A stretch of DNA of 64,000 nt. It comes from Lama guanicoe (lineage: Eukaryota). Location of the stretch: assembly GCA_013239625.1 (NCBI GenBank), contig MU054117.1, positions 868,001 to 932,000 on the forward strand. Reading direction: 5' to 3'. This document shows, piece after piece, positions 63,683-64,000 of this stretch. Position numbers and translations under genes: made by a program. How positions within the stretch are numbered: the first letter of the stretch is position 1; each line of letters opens with the position of its first letter. Under the pieces are notes generated by a model that worked only from the letters and a program-made list of their open reading frames with translations, ran no database searches and was not told where the DNA came from.

Positions 63683-64000
63683 TATGCGCAGAGGGAGTCG
63701 TGATGGCAGGCCCAGACGAGGAGGGAGAAGCAGTGAGAAACGGGGGACAGCGCTGGATCCCACTTGCGAGGGAACTGAAGACAGCGATCGAGGCCTGCTT
63801 CAGAGCTGCTGGGTGGGCGGGTTTTCTGATCGGGAAATAACCACCCAGGCAGAAAGACGTATTTCAAAGCACAAGAGAGTCTAAGATCCAACAAACAACA
63901 CAGAAGCGAAAAGTCACTTTTCAGGGCTAATACTCTCAACAAATGAATGGGACACTAATTTCCCCAGTGGGCAGACGGGGAAGCTGACATTTCCCCCCAG

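Overview
This is mammalian, not prokaryotic, genomic DNA: the 5' part of CACNA1C (L-type calcium channel Cav1.2 alpha-1C) on the minus strand. Only two coding exons are present: exon 2 (56816-57137, 322 nt, cytosolic N-terminus with the NSCaTE calmodulin-binding motif) and exon 3 (53255-53360, 106 nt, segment IS1). They are separated by a GT-AG intron with clear U12 (minor spliceosome) signals (donor GTATCCTC, branch site TTCCTTAAC). Bases 1-53254 are the start of the very long intron 3 and 57138-64000 are the end of intron 1. The introns are unusually GC- and CpG-rich and contain decayed MIR, L2, L1, HAL1, MLT1 and MER3 fragments, simple repeats, two assembly gaps and several AT-rich islands with transcription-factor motifs. 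The L1 3' ends look artiodactyl, possibly camelid (inference). Apart from the two ORFs that overlap the exons, the ORF track is chance open frames. I found no CRISPR array, operon, RNA gene or foreign insert. The best candidate for something undescribed is inferential: inside the minor intron there is a cryptic U2 donor, an in-frame stop and a well-formed poly(A) signal, which together could divert transcripts to decay or to an N-terminus-only product. Repeat names and human comparisons come from recalled consensus sequences, not from searches, and repeat boundaries are approximate.
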